Assembly: GCA_021647905.1 (NCBI GenBank)
Contig: JAKITW010000005.1
Coordinates: 181 to 64,180 of the forward strand
Direction of reading: 5' to 3'
Origin: Desulfobacterales bacterium
Lineage (GTDB): Bacteria > Desulfobacterota > Desulfobulbia > Desulfobulbales > BM004
Length of the DNA stretch: 64,000 nucleotides
In this document: one piece after another, positions 17,779 to 25,981 of the stretch
Layout of the letters: each line of letters opens with the position of its first letter
Numbering within the stretch: the stretch's first letter is position 1
Notes under the pieces: model-generated
The model's database searches: none
What the model saw: only the letters and a program-made list of their open reading frames with translations
What the model was told of the DNA's origin: nothing
Translations under genes and position numbers: made by a program

Positions 17779-17931
17779 GTACAAGTTCACCAGCACCTCA
17801 TCTTCGCCCGTTTGGGCCTCCTCACATCCGCCAAGGATAGATTCGGAGCCCCAAACGAACGAATCCAAGGCACTGGTGAACTCGTACGGGCTGAGTATCC
17901 CCCGAGGTTGTCGCCCTTGGTGAACTGTTAC
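17779..17931 (+). repeat. family-A structured intergenic element (A2)
   Basis: The 5' arm GTACAAGTTCACCAG (17779-17793) is followed by the block GCACCTCATCTTCGC. The 3' arm CTGGTGAACTCGTAC is at 17873-17887 and the second arm CCTTGGTGAACTGTTAC at 17915-17931. Only 4 mismatches to 61531-61683. Confidence 0.85.
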
Positions 17932-18021
17932 AAGGGAAGAGGATTTTTTGCCCGGGGCGGGCTAAAGAATCCAGCCCCGGCGGTCGAAGAGAGTTTCGAC
18001 CCCATATGGAGGAGAGTATAG

Positions 18022-18750
18022 ATGAGTTCAGGCATGTACAGTGCGGTTTCCGGCGCCGCGACCCGGCTGCGGATGATGGACACGATCAGCGATAACCTGA
18101 GTAACGGCAAGACCCCCGGATTCAAGAAAGGCGGGTTTTTTTTCGCCTCGATGCTCGACCGGTCGGTGGACCTGCGGCAGGCGCGGGGCATCGATTATAC
18201 GCAGATCAAGGAGGGATTCTCCGATTTTACCCAGGGTGAATTGATCCGGACCGGCGTTCCCCTGCAGCTGGCCATCGAAGGGGAGGGGTTCTTCAAGGTG
18301 CGGGATGGGAACGGGCAGATATTTTTCACCCGCCAGGGAATGCTGCGCCGCGATCCTTCCGGCCATCTGTTGACCCAGCACGGGATGAAGCTGATCGGCG
18401 AGAATGGGCGGCCCCTGTCGTTCCCTGACAACGGGGTGACCATCGACGAACAGGGGATGGCGCAACTGTCCGGCGGCCAGAAGATGCGGGTGCCGGTCTA
18501 CTCGGTCCCGGATCTTGCCATGCTCGAACGGGTGGGCGGCGGGTTGTTCCGGGCGGCCCGGCCCGAGGATGCTGTTATGCTGGAGAGACCGCGCGTCTTT
18601 CAGGGCTACATCGAGGATTCCAATGTCAACATCATGCGGGAGATGGGCCGGATGATGGAGTCCCTGCGGATTTTCGAGGCCTGCCAGAAGATGATGAAGA
18701 ACTACCGTGAACTCGACCGCAAGGTTATTGAACTGGGAGTTATCGGTTGA
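18022..18750 (+). CDS. flgF: flagellar basal-body rod protein FlgF
   Basis: 242 aa with rod-family N- and C-termini (DTISDNLSNGKTPGFKK...YIEDSNVNIMREMGRMMESLRIFEACQKMM). Directly upstream of flgG. Confidence 0.85.
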   Translation: MSSGMYSAVSGAATRLRMMDTISDNLSNGKTPGFKKGGFFFASMLDRSVDLRQARGIDYTQIKEGFSDFTQGELIRTGVPLQLAIEGEGFFKVRDGNGQIFFTRQGMLRRDPSGHLLTQHGMKLIGENGRPLSFPDNGVTIDEQGMAQLSGGQKMRVPVYSVPDLAMLERVGGGLFRAARPEDAVMLERPRVFQGYIEDSNVNIMREMGRMMESLRIFEACQKMMKNYRELDRKVIELGVIG

Positions 18751-18816
18751 ACTGATGTTTTCACCCATTGGTGAATTACTGCACGGCCACCGCAACAAAC
18801 ACAAGGAGCAGGTCAG

Positions 18817-19602
18817 ATGATCAGGGCATTATGGACCGCCGCCACCGGCATGGAAACCCAGCAGCTCAACATGGACGTGATCGCCAACAACCTGGCCAAT
18901 GTCAACAGTTCGGGCTTTAAAAAAAGCCGGGCCGATTTCCAGGATATCCTGTATCAGACCGCCAAGCTGCCCGGCACCACCTCTGGAACCGGCAGTGAAA
19001 CACCGACCGGGGTCCAGGTGGGCCTCGGCTCCAGGGTGGCGTCGGTGCAGAAGGTCTTTACCGTGGGCGACATTCGCAAGACCGAGGGTGAACTGGATCT
19101 CGCCATTGAAGGCCAGGGCTTTTTTCAGATCACCCTGCCGAGCGGCGATCTCGCCTATACCCGGGCCGGGGCCCTGAAAAAGGACAGCACCGGCCGGCTG
19201 ACCACCCCGGAAGGGTATCCGCTTTATCCCGAGATCGTGATCCCCAGCAATGCCAGCAGTGTCTCGATCAGTGAAAACGGCAGTGTCGAGGTGATGCTTG
19301 ACGGGCAGAACATCCCCAGCGAGGTCGGCACCATCGAACTGGCCCGGTTCAGCAACCCGGCGGGGCTGAAGAGCCTCGGCCGCAGCCTGTTCAGCGAAAC
19401 CCTGGCAACGGGTGCGCCATCCACCGGCATCCCGGGGGAAAACGGGTTCGGCATGCTGTCGCAGGGCTTTCTCGAGGGCTCCAACGTCAGCATCATGGAG
19501 GAAATGGTCAACATGATCGCCGGGCAGCGGGCCTATGAGGTGAATTCCAAGGCGATCAAGACGGCTGATGAGATGATGCAGATGACCAACAACCTGGTAT
19601 AA
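18817..19602 (+). CDS. flgG: flagellar distal rod protein FlgG
   Basis: 261 aa: MIRALWTAATGMETQQLNMDVIANNLANVNSSGFKKSRADFQD ... GFLEGSNVSIMEEMVNMIAGQRAYEVNSKAIKTADEMMQ. Confidence 0.95.
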   Translation: MIRALWTAATGMETQQLNMDVIANNLANVNSSGFKKSRADFQDILYQTAKLPGTTSGTGSETPTGVQVGLGSRVASVQKVFTVGDIRKTEGELDLAIEGQGFFQITLPSGDLAYTRAGALKKDSTGRLTTPEGYPLYPEIVIPSNASSVSISENGSVEVMLDGQNIPSEVGTIELARFSNPAGLKSLGRSLFSETLATGAPSTGIPGENGFGMLSQGFLEGSNVSIMEEMVNMIAGQRAYEVNSKAIKTADEMMQMTNNLV

Positions 19603-19612
19603 CGGAGCAACC

Positions 19613-20365
19613 ATGACAACCGGTTTTTTCAGTTTGCTGATCGCCGGCCTGAGCCTGCTGCTGGCTGTGGCCGGCGCCGGTCCTGCCCGGGCCCTGGAGT
19701 TTCCATTGGCTGTTGACAGCAGTGGCGCGCAAGTTGTTGATCAGGCCCGGATCAGGGGGCTTCTCGATGCCTTTCTGGTGGCCCGGGCCGATATGCTGCC
19801 AATGGCCCGGGTCCGCTTCAAGTCGGTCGAAGAAATAAGGCCCTTTGAATTGCCGGCCGGAGTGGCGACCTGTGAGATCGTGCCGGCCCTGCCGGCGATT
19901 ATCGGCAGCCGGCGGTTCAGCTTGATATTCCGGGTCAATGGCCGGGTGAAGAAAAACCTCGCCCTGCGCACCGATCTGGAAGCGCTTGCCCCGGTCGCGG
20001 TTGCAGCCATAAGTTTGCCCCGCGGCGCGGTGATTGCCCCGGGAGATGTGCGTATGGTGGAACGGGACCTCAGCGGCCTGCGCCAACCATGCCTGGACGC
20101 CGGGTCCCTGGTCGGCAAGAAGGTGCGCCGGACCCTGCGGGCCGGCGAGGTCCTGCTGAAGGGGCTGTTGAAGACTCCGCCGGTGGTGCGCCGGGGCGAC
20201 CTGGTAACAATGACCCTGCGCAGTGGCGGCATGGTCCTGACCGCCCGGGGGGCGGCCCGGGAAAACGGGGTGACCGGGGCCACGATCCGGGTGCGCAACA
20301 ACGCCTCGCACAAAGAAATACTGTGCCGGGTGACCGGTCCCGGCACGGTGGTGGTGGAGATGTGA
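19613..20365 (+). CDS. flgA: flagellar P-ring assembly chaperone FlgA
   Basis: 250 aa with a signal peptide and a SAF/ChapFlgA-like C-terminus (VRRGDLVTMTLRSGGMVLTARGAARENGVTGATIRVRN). Confidence 0.85.
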   Translation: MTTGFFSLLIAGLSLLLAVAGAGPARALEFPLAVDSSGAQVVDQARIRGLLDAFLVARADMLPMARVRFKSVEEIRPFELPAGVATCEIVPALPAIIGSRRFSLIFRVNGRVKKNLALRTDLEALAPVAVAAISLPRGAVIAPGDVRMVERDLSGLRQPCLDAGSLVGKKVRRTLRAGEVLLKGLLKTPPVVRRGDLVTMTLRSGGMVLTARGAARENGVTGATIRVRNNASHKEILCRVTGPGTVVVEM

Positions 20366-20366
20366 G

Positions 20367-21044
20367 ATGACGAGAATATGGCTGTTAATGGTTGTCCTGT
20401 TGCTGCTCGGGGGGTGTGCGGCGATCCAGCCCCCGGCGCCGCCGCCGGTCGAGATGGCCGCCGGGCCGGCGGTGCGGCCCGCGTCCGCCCCTGGTTCCCT
20501 GTGGAACAGCGGTAGCGCCGGGATTTTTGCCGACCTCAAGGCCAGGCGCATCGGGGACATCCTGACCGTGGCCATTTACGAGAAGGCCAGCGCCAGCAAG
20601 GAGGCGACCACCAGTACCGGCAGGGACAGCAGCGCCTCCGCCGGGCTGACCAACCTGTTTGGCCTGGAAGCGGAGATAGGCAAGATCAATTCCGCGATTG
20701 ATCCCGGCAAGTTGATTAATGCCAGCTATGTAAACGGGTTCAAGGGGACCGGCGCCACCACCCGCAAGGAAGACCTGGTGGCAACCCTGACCGCCCGGGT
20801 GGTGGCGGTGCTGGCCAACGGCAACCTGAAAATTGCCGGCAGCAAGACGGTGACCGTCAACCGCGAAGACCAGTTGATCAAACTGACCGGCGTGGTCCGG
20901 CCGGCTGATGTCTCTGCCGGCAACATCGTTGATTCCAAGTATGTTCTCGATGCCCGGATCGTCTATACCGGCAAGGGTGTTATCAGTGATAAACAGGGGC
21001 AGGGCTGGTTGGTCCGGGCCCTGGATACGGTCTGGCCTTTTTAG
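20367..21044 (+). CDS. flgH: flagellar L-ring lipoprotein FlgH
   Basis: 225 aa with a lipobox (LLLLGGC) and FlgH blocks (SLWNSG...ADLKARRIGDILTVAIYEKASA...VTVNREDQLIKLTGVVRPADV). Confidence 0.9.
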   Translation: MTRIWLLMVVLLLLGGCAAIQPPAPPPVEMAAGPAVRPASAPGSLWNSGSAGIFADLKARRIGDILTVAIYEKASASKEATTSTGRDSSASAGLTNLFGLEAEIGKINSAIDPGKLINASYVNGFKGTGATTRKEDLVATLTARVVAVLANGNLKIAGSKTVTVNREDQLIKLTGVVRPADVSAGNIVDSKYVLDARIVYTGKGVISDKQGQGWLVRALDTVWPF

Positions 21045-21119
21045 ATAGTGCCCGTCCAGAAATGGCCCTTTCGCTCAATCTCGGCGTCATGCTCAAAAAA
21101 TAATCCTCGAGTGAGGGAG

Positions 21120-22214
21120 ATGCACAGAACAATCGGACTACTTTGCCTGTTGGTGATTCTCTGTTGGCCGGGCCCCGGCCTGGCCACCCGGATCAAGGAC
21201 ATTGCCGATATCGCCGGGGTTCGCGACAATCAGCTGGTTGGCTACGGGCTGGTGGTCGGCCTCAACGGCAGCGGTGACGGCGCCGGCACCCGGTTTACGG
21301 TGCAGTCGCTGGTCAACATGATGGAACGGATGGGCCTCACCATTGACCGCAACGCGGTCAAGGTGTCCAATGTCGCCGCGGTGATGGTCACCGCCCAGCT
21401 CCCCCCTTTTGCCAGGACCGGCAACGGCCTGGATGTCCTGGTCTCCTCGGTCGGTGATGCCAAGAGCCTGGTCGGCGGCACCCTGTTGATGACGCCGCTC
21501 AAGGGGGCCGACGGCCTGATCTATGCGGTCGCCCAGGGGCCGCTGATGGTCGGGGCCCTGTCCTTCGGCGGCAAGGCGGCCAAGGTCCAGACCAACCATC
21601 CCACCGTGGGACGGATTCCCGGGGGCGCCCTGATCGAACGGCAGCTGCCGCCGGTCCTGCCGGATAACGGTGAACTGGTCTACCGGCTGCGCCAGGCCGA
21701 TTTCAGCACCGTGGCGCGGATGACCAGGGTGATCAACGACCGGTTCGGCGCCGGAACCGCCGAGCCGCTGGACGGCGGCGGGGTCAGGATCGTCATCCCG
21801 GAGGGCTACCGGGACAAGGTGCTGTTCATCGCTGATCTTGAAGGACTGCAACTGCAGCCGGACGCCCGGGCCCGGATCGTCCTGAACGAGCGGACCGGGA
21901 CGATCGTGATGGGTAAGGATGTCCGGATTTCAACCATTGCCGTTTCCCACGGCAATCTCAGCCTGATGATCAATGAGTCCGCCTCGGTGTCCCAGCCCAA
22001 CCCGCTGGCCCAGGGTGATACGGTAATCGTGCCCGAGACCACGATCCAGGTGAACGAGGATCAAAGCGAGTTGGTTGTGCTCCAGCGGGGGGTCAGTATC
22101 GGCGAGGTGGCCAGGGCCTTGAACGCCATCGGCGCCACCCCCCGTGACCTGATCGCCATCTTTCAGGCGATCAAGGCGGCCGGGGCGCTGCATGCGGAAC
22201 TGGTGGTCCTTTAA
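21120..22214 (+). CDS. flgI: flagellar P-ring protein FlgI
   Basis: The ORF track starts at 21048. I prefer the ATG at 21120 because it has a GAGGGAGA RBS and is followed by a signal peptide (MHRTIGLLCLLVILCWPGPGLA). FlgI blocks: RIKDIADIAGVRDNQLVGYGLVVGLNGSGD...ALHAELVVL. Confidence 0.9.
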   Translation: MHRTIGLLCLLVILCWPGPGLATRIKDIADIAGVRDNQLVGYGLVVGLNGSGDGAGTRFTVQSLVNMMERMGLTIDRNAVKVSNVAAVMVTAQLPPFARTGNGLDVLVSSVGDAKSLVGGTLLMTPLKGADGLIYAVAQGPLMVGALSFGGKAAKVQTNHPTVGRIPGGALIERQLPPVLPDNGELVYRLRQADFSTVARMTRVINDRFGAGTAEPLDGGGVRIVIPEGYRDKVLFIADLEGLQLQPDARARIVLNERTGTIVMGKDVRISTIAVSHGNLSLMINESASVSQPNPLAQGDTVIVPETTIQVNEDQSELVVLQRGVSIGEVARALNAIGATPRDLIAIFQAIKAAGALHAELVVL

Positions 22215-22239
22215 CCGTAACCCTGACCCACATGCAAGG

Positions 22240-22551
22240 ATGCCGATGAATCTGTCCATTGATCCCCGATTTCCCCCCCAGCCGGCGGCTCCGGCTACCC
22301 CTGCCGAGCGCCGCAAGAGTGGCGATGATCCCGCCCTGGCCAAGGCCTGCCGGGATTTTGAGGCGATCTTCCTGCAAGCGCTTTTCAAGGGTATGCGCGC
22401 GACCGCCATTGAGGGCGGTCTGTTTGAAAAAGGCAATGACCAGGAGATGTTTCAGGACCTCATGGACATGGAACTGGCCAAGTCAGCGGCCTCGCGGAAT
22501 ATGCTCGGCATCGGCCGGGCCCTGTTCCGGGATTTGCAGGACCAGAGGTAG
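22240..22551 (+). CDS. flgJ: FlgJ-like rod-binding protein (Rod_binding domain only, no muramidase domain)
   Basis: Rod-binding motif ACRDFEAIFLQALFKGMRAT...MFQDLMDMELAKSAA. The start at 22240 was chosen to avoid a long overlap with flgI. Only about 103 aa. Confidence 0.75.
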   Translation: MPMNLSIDPRFPPQPAAPATPAERRKSGDDPALAKACRDFEAIFLQALFKGMRATAIEGGLFEKGNDQEMFQDLMDMELAKSAASRNMLGIGRALFRDLQDQR

Positions 22552-22574
22552 TGTCTGTCCGGAAATCGCGGAAT

Positions 22575-22652
22575 TGTAAGGTTTCGGTAAACCCCGTACG
22601 TTTGAGGTTGGACCGGGAAAGGGGTTTTCTTATAGCGAACGGTGTAGCGGAC
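22575..22652 (+). repeat. family-D 78-bp repeat, copy 1 (3' of flgJ)
   Basis: Reverse complement of 35119-35196 with 3 mismatches. Contains AAACCCC (22589-22595) and GGGGTTT (22621-22627), the latter followed by TCTTAT. Confidence 0.85.
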
Positions 22653-22698
22653 AGGGGGGGTACTGAATGTTTACCCGGAATATTTTTTCCCAAGCTGC

Positions 22699-22725
22699 TA
22701 AATATTTGTTTCAGCCAGTCGATAA
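22699..22725 (+). promoter_or_regulatory. sigma-28 (FliA) promoter upstream of flgM
   Basis: TAAATATT-N11-GTCGATAA compared with the consensus TAAAGTTT-N11-GCCGATAA: 6/8 and 7/8 matches at exact spacing. About 160 nt upstream of flgM. Confidence 0.6.
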
Positions 22726-22886
22726 GAGATACAGGCAAGGACTGGCAGCAGTGGACCGATGACCGGTCCTGGTCCGGATCGAACAGCGGCCATGTTTCCC
22801 GCCGGGTCGGCCAAGGTATCGCGCCGGCCGGGGATTGCGGGGAATTCTTATTATGAACGGACAGCAGGCAACCATGTCGGCCTGGG

Positions 22887-23186
22887 GTGATCACCATGAC
22901 GGATAACATCAACTTCGGCAGTGGATTGGGGCCGATTAACCGCATTAATGGGCAGCAGAAGACAGCGGACTGCCGGCCAAGGGCTGACAAGGGTCCTGTT
23001 GATCGGGTGGATTTTTCCTCGGTTCTGCAGGAGGTGAGCAGGGCCAGGGAGGTCCCGGCCCCGGTTGACAGCGAACGGGTGCAGAAGCTGGCCTTGCTCA
23101 AGGCCCAGATTGCCGACGGCTCCTACCGGCCCGATCTGGAAAAGGTCGCCGTCAGTCTGATTGATTTCCTTGCCGGGGTGAAATAG
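22887..23186 (+). CDS. flgM: anti-sigma-28 factor FlgM
   Basis: 99 aa with the C-terminal FlgM signature VDSERVQKLALLKAQIADGSYRPDLEKVAVSLIDF. GTG at 22887 or ATG at 22896 could be the start. Confidence 0.85.
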   Translation: MITMTDNINFGSGLGPINRINGQQKTADCRPRADKGPVDRVDFSSVLQEVSRAREVPAPVDSERVQKLALLKAQIADGSYRPDLEKVAVSLIDFLAGVK

Positions 23187-23188
23187 TC

Positions 23189-23545
23189 ATGTCCGGTCAT
23201 ACCCTTGCCGAGCAGCTGCAGCAGCTGCATGACCTGATTCTGCGTGAGCGGGAATGCGCCAAGGCCCTTGATCTTGACGGCCTGCGGGCCGTTACCCGCG
23301 AAAAAGAGGAACTGGTGCGCCGGCTGGAGCCGGCCGTGGACCGGGGACCTGAACTCCGGGCCCTGGCGGAAAAGATCAAATTGGAAAACCGGCGCAACGC
23401 CTATCTGTTCTGGTCGTCCCTGAAGTTTGTCCGCGACAGCATGTCGTTTTTCACTCGCCAGGTCAGCCCGCCCGCTGCCTATGGCGCCGGCGGGCGGATG
23501 ATCGAAAGCAGCGGCAGCGGCCTGGTCCTGGCCGGGAGAGTGTGA
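23189..23545 (+). CDS. flgN: FlgN-like flagellar chaperone
   Basis: 118-aa helical ORF (LQQLHDLILRERECAKALDLDGLRAVTREKEELVRRLE) between flgM and flgK. Confidence 0.6.
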   Translation: MSGHTLAEQLQQLHDLILRERECAKALDLDGLRAVTREKEELVRRLEPAVDRGPELRALAEKIKLENRRNAYLFWSSLKFVRDSMSFFTRQVSPPAAYGAGGRMIESSGSGLVLAGRV

Positions 23546-23546
23546 G

Positions 23547-24926
23547 ATGGGCGGGATCGGCAGCGCATTGAGTCTGGGCAAAAGCAGTCTGCTCACCGGG
23601 CAGAAGGCGCTTGAGGTGGTGGGCAACAACATTGCCAACGTGAACACCCCCGGGTATTCACGCGAGGTCCCGGTGTTCAATGATTTTCCCACCTTGATGA
23701 TCAAGGGGGTCTCGACCGGCAGGGGCGCTTATATCGACCAGGTGGAGCGCCAACACGACCTTTTTCTGACCCGCCAGATACAGGCCAAAAACGCCGGCCT
23801 GGGGGAGGAGGCGGCCAAGGCGCCCCCCCTGGCCGAGATCGATCGCATCATTGATATCTCGGAGAACGGCCTGGCCGCTGAAATCGACCGTTTTTTCGGC
23901 TCCTGGCAGGATCTGAGCGCTGACCCCGGGAGCCGGCTGACCCGGGAGGCGGTGCTGCAGAGCGGTATCCGGCTGACAAAGGCCTTTGCCCGGCCGGTCA
24001 ACGAGTTAACCGGCCTGCGCAAGAGTCTTGACTTTACCCTGGCCGCCCGGGTCAACGAATTGAACGACAAGTTCGAGGAAATGGCGAGCCTCAATCAGAC
24101 GGTTGCCAACATTGAGTCCGCCGGCTCGAACGCGCTGGCCGCCCGGGACCGGCGGGACGTCCTGCTCCAGGAGATCTCCCATGCCCTGGGCGGTACATCC
24201 ATTGAGGGCGATAACGGCATGGTTTCCTATTTCCTGATCAACGGGCTGCCGGTGGTGCAGGACCAGAATGCCTACTCGCTGAGCCTGGTCCAGGCGGGCA
24301 GCGTGATGGGGTTGCAGCTGCAACTGGGGAGCCGGCAGATTGCGGTGACAGCGGACAACCTGGCCGGCGAGTTCGGCGGTCTGCTCACGGTGCGTGACCA
24401 GCTCATCCCGGGGTTGGTCGATGACCTGGACAAGCTCGCCTACAGCCTGGCCGATGCGGTGAACCAGGTCCACCAGCTCGGCACCGGGCTCGACGGGGTG
24501 TCATCCCGTGATTTTTTTGTTCCCCCGGCCCAGCAGGCGGGCGCGGCGACCTCGCTGGCCCTGGCCTTTAACGACTATCGCCAGGTGGCCGCCGGCCGGT
24601 CGGCCGCTCCGGGGGACAATGCCAATGCCCTGGCGCTGAGTGACCTGGGCACCGCGCCGCTGGTTGACGGCAGCCAGAGTTTCAGTGAATTCTACGGCCA
24701 GATCGCCAGCAACCTGGGGATGGAGGTCCGCGGCAATGAGCTGGCCCTGGCCGGCAACCAGGATGCCCTGACCCAGTTGAACAACCTGCGCGACGGCAAG
24801 GTCGGCGTGTCCCTGGAAGAGGAGATGATCAACCTGTTCCGTTACCAGAAGAGTTTTGAGGCCTCGGTCAAGTTTTTAAGCACGGTCGACGAGATGATGG
24901 ATTCCCTGCTCAGTATCAAGAGGTAG
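23547..24926 (+). CDS. flgK: hook-associated protein 1 FlgK
   Basis: 459 aa. N-terminus LLTGQKALEVVGNNIANVNTPGYSRE; C-terminus VSLEEEMINLFRYQKSFEASVKFLSTVDEMMDSLLSI. Confidence 0.9.
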   Translation: MGGIGSALSLGKSSLLTGQKALEVVGNNIANVNTPGYSREVPVFNDFPTLMIKGVSTGRGAYIDQVERQHDLFLTRQIQAKNAGLGEEAAKAPPLAEIDRIIDISENGLAAEIDRFFGSWQDLSADPGSRLTREAVLQSGIRLTKAFARPVNELTGLRKSLDFTLAARVNELNDKFEEMASLNQTVANIESAGSNALAARDRRDVLLQEISHALGGTSIEGDNGMVSYFLINGLPVVQDQNAYSLSLVQAGSVMGLQLQLGSRQIAVTADNLAGEFGGLLTVRDQLIPGLVDDLDKLAYSLADAVNQVHQLGTGLDGVSSRDFFVPPAQQAGAATSLALAFNDYRQVAAGRSAAPGDNANALALSDLGTAPLVDGSQSFSEFYGQIASNLGMEVRGNELALAGNQDALTQLNNLRDGKVGVSLEEEMINLFRYQKSFEASVKFLSTVDEMMDSLLSIKR

Positions 24927-24929
24927 CGC

Positions 24930-25868
24930 ATGCGAGTCACCGAGTCCAGCACCTATCGCACCCTGATCCAATCCATGAACCGGAACAGCCTGCGCCTGCA
25001 GGAGGCCCAGATCGCGGCCGCCACCGGGAAAAAACTGCAAAAGGCCTCGGACAATCCGGCCGGGGTCGGGCCGGTGCTCATTGCGCGGGGACAGCTGCAG
25101 AGCGCCAACCTGTTTCTCAAGAACAGTGCGGCGGCCGCGGATCGTCTGAAGTCCCAGGACACGGAACTGGGCCAGGTTGACAACCTGCTGGTCCGGGCCA
25201 TTGAACTTACCATCGCCGCTGGCAACGGCGGTTACGGCCGGTCCGAACGTACGGCAATGGCCAACGAGATCCGCGATATCAAGGCGGAAATGCTCGGCCG
25301 GGCCAACGGCCAGATGGACGGCAGGTATTTTTACGGCGGTTTTCAGGACCGGACCCCCCCTTTTTCGGTCAACCCGGGCTACGATCCGGTACTGGATCCC
25401 CGGCCGGTGCTGTACAACGGCGATAACGGGGCAGTGGAACTGGAGATTGCTCCGGACGAGAAGATGACGGTCAATTTCACCGGCAATGCCGTTTTTCTGG
25501 GCGATGAGGATGGCGACGGGCTGGTCGATGGCGGCCGGGTCGATGTGTTTGCCGTGTTGACCTCCCTGGAGGAGGCGATGCGGGCCAATGACCAGGCCGG
25601 GGTTACCGCGCTGGTGGACGATCTATACGCGGCCCAGGAGCAGATCGGGGTGTATCAGGGCAAGACCGGCTCAGCCCTTGGCCGGCTGGACCGGTCCATT
25701 GAGCAGATGCGGGATATCCAGGTCGATCTCCAGGAGATTCTCTCCCGCTATCAGGATGTCGACCTGGTCGAGGCGATCACTGATATGACCCGGCAGGAAC
25801 AGGCGCTGCAGGCGGCCATGGGCGTCACCGGGCGGATCGCCAGACTGTCGATCCTTGATTATCTGTAA
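24930..25868 (+). CDS. flgL: hook-associated protein 3 FlgL
   Basis: 312 aa with a flagellin-like N-terminus (MRVTESSTYRTLIQSMNRNSLRLQEAQIAAATGKKLQKASDNPAG) and C-terminus. Follows flgK. Confidence 0.85.
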   Translation: MRVTESSTYRTLIQSMNRNSLRLQEAQIAAATGKKLQKASDNPAGVGPVLIARGQLQSANLFLKNSAAAADRLKSQDTELGQVDNLLVRAIELTIAAGNGGYGRSERTAMANEIRDIKAEMLGRANGQMDGRYFYGGFQDRTPPFSVNPGYDPVLDPRPVLYNGDNGAVELEIAPDEKMTVNFTGNAVFLGDEDGDGLVDGGRVDVFAVLTSLEEAMRANDQAGVTALVDDLYAAQEQIGVYQGKTGSALGRLDRSIEQMRDIQVDLQEILSRYQDVDLVEAITDMTRQEQALQAAMGVTGRIARLSILDYL

Positions 25869-25981
25869 CCGGCCGGCGGGCCGGGGTAACCACTGTAAGC
25901 GAACACCGGCGCCAACTCCAGGCATGATCGCTCCCGCCCGCCGGGTGAATTATTCTTTATTTCAAAGTAGAAAACCTGGTC

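Noticed and set aside
17812-18021. Short ORFs running through family-A copies (17812-18021, the tail of 61435-61620, 44641-44889), considered as a conserved small protein (shared ...HQHLIFA..GLL.. peptide).
   Set aside because: The reading frame is not preserved. The 61531 copy has a TAA where the 17779 copy has CAA, and the 3550 copy shares nucleotide structure but not the peptide. The substitution pattern preserves base pairing, not codons.
21048-21119. Upstream extension of flgI, and similarly 22192-22239 for flgJ and 26341-26400 for fliW.
   Set aside because: The internal ATG codons have better RBS placement. They give a proper signal peptide for FlgI or remove long overlaps with the preceding gene.
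22551-22856. 101-aa ORF filling the flgJ-flgM gap.
   Set aside because: It has no RBS. It runs through the family-D repeat and the sigma-28 promoter. The translation has no motif and atypical composition. The repeat's other copy, at 35119, is non-coding.
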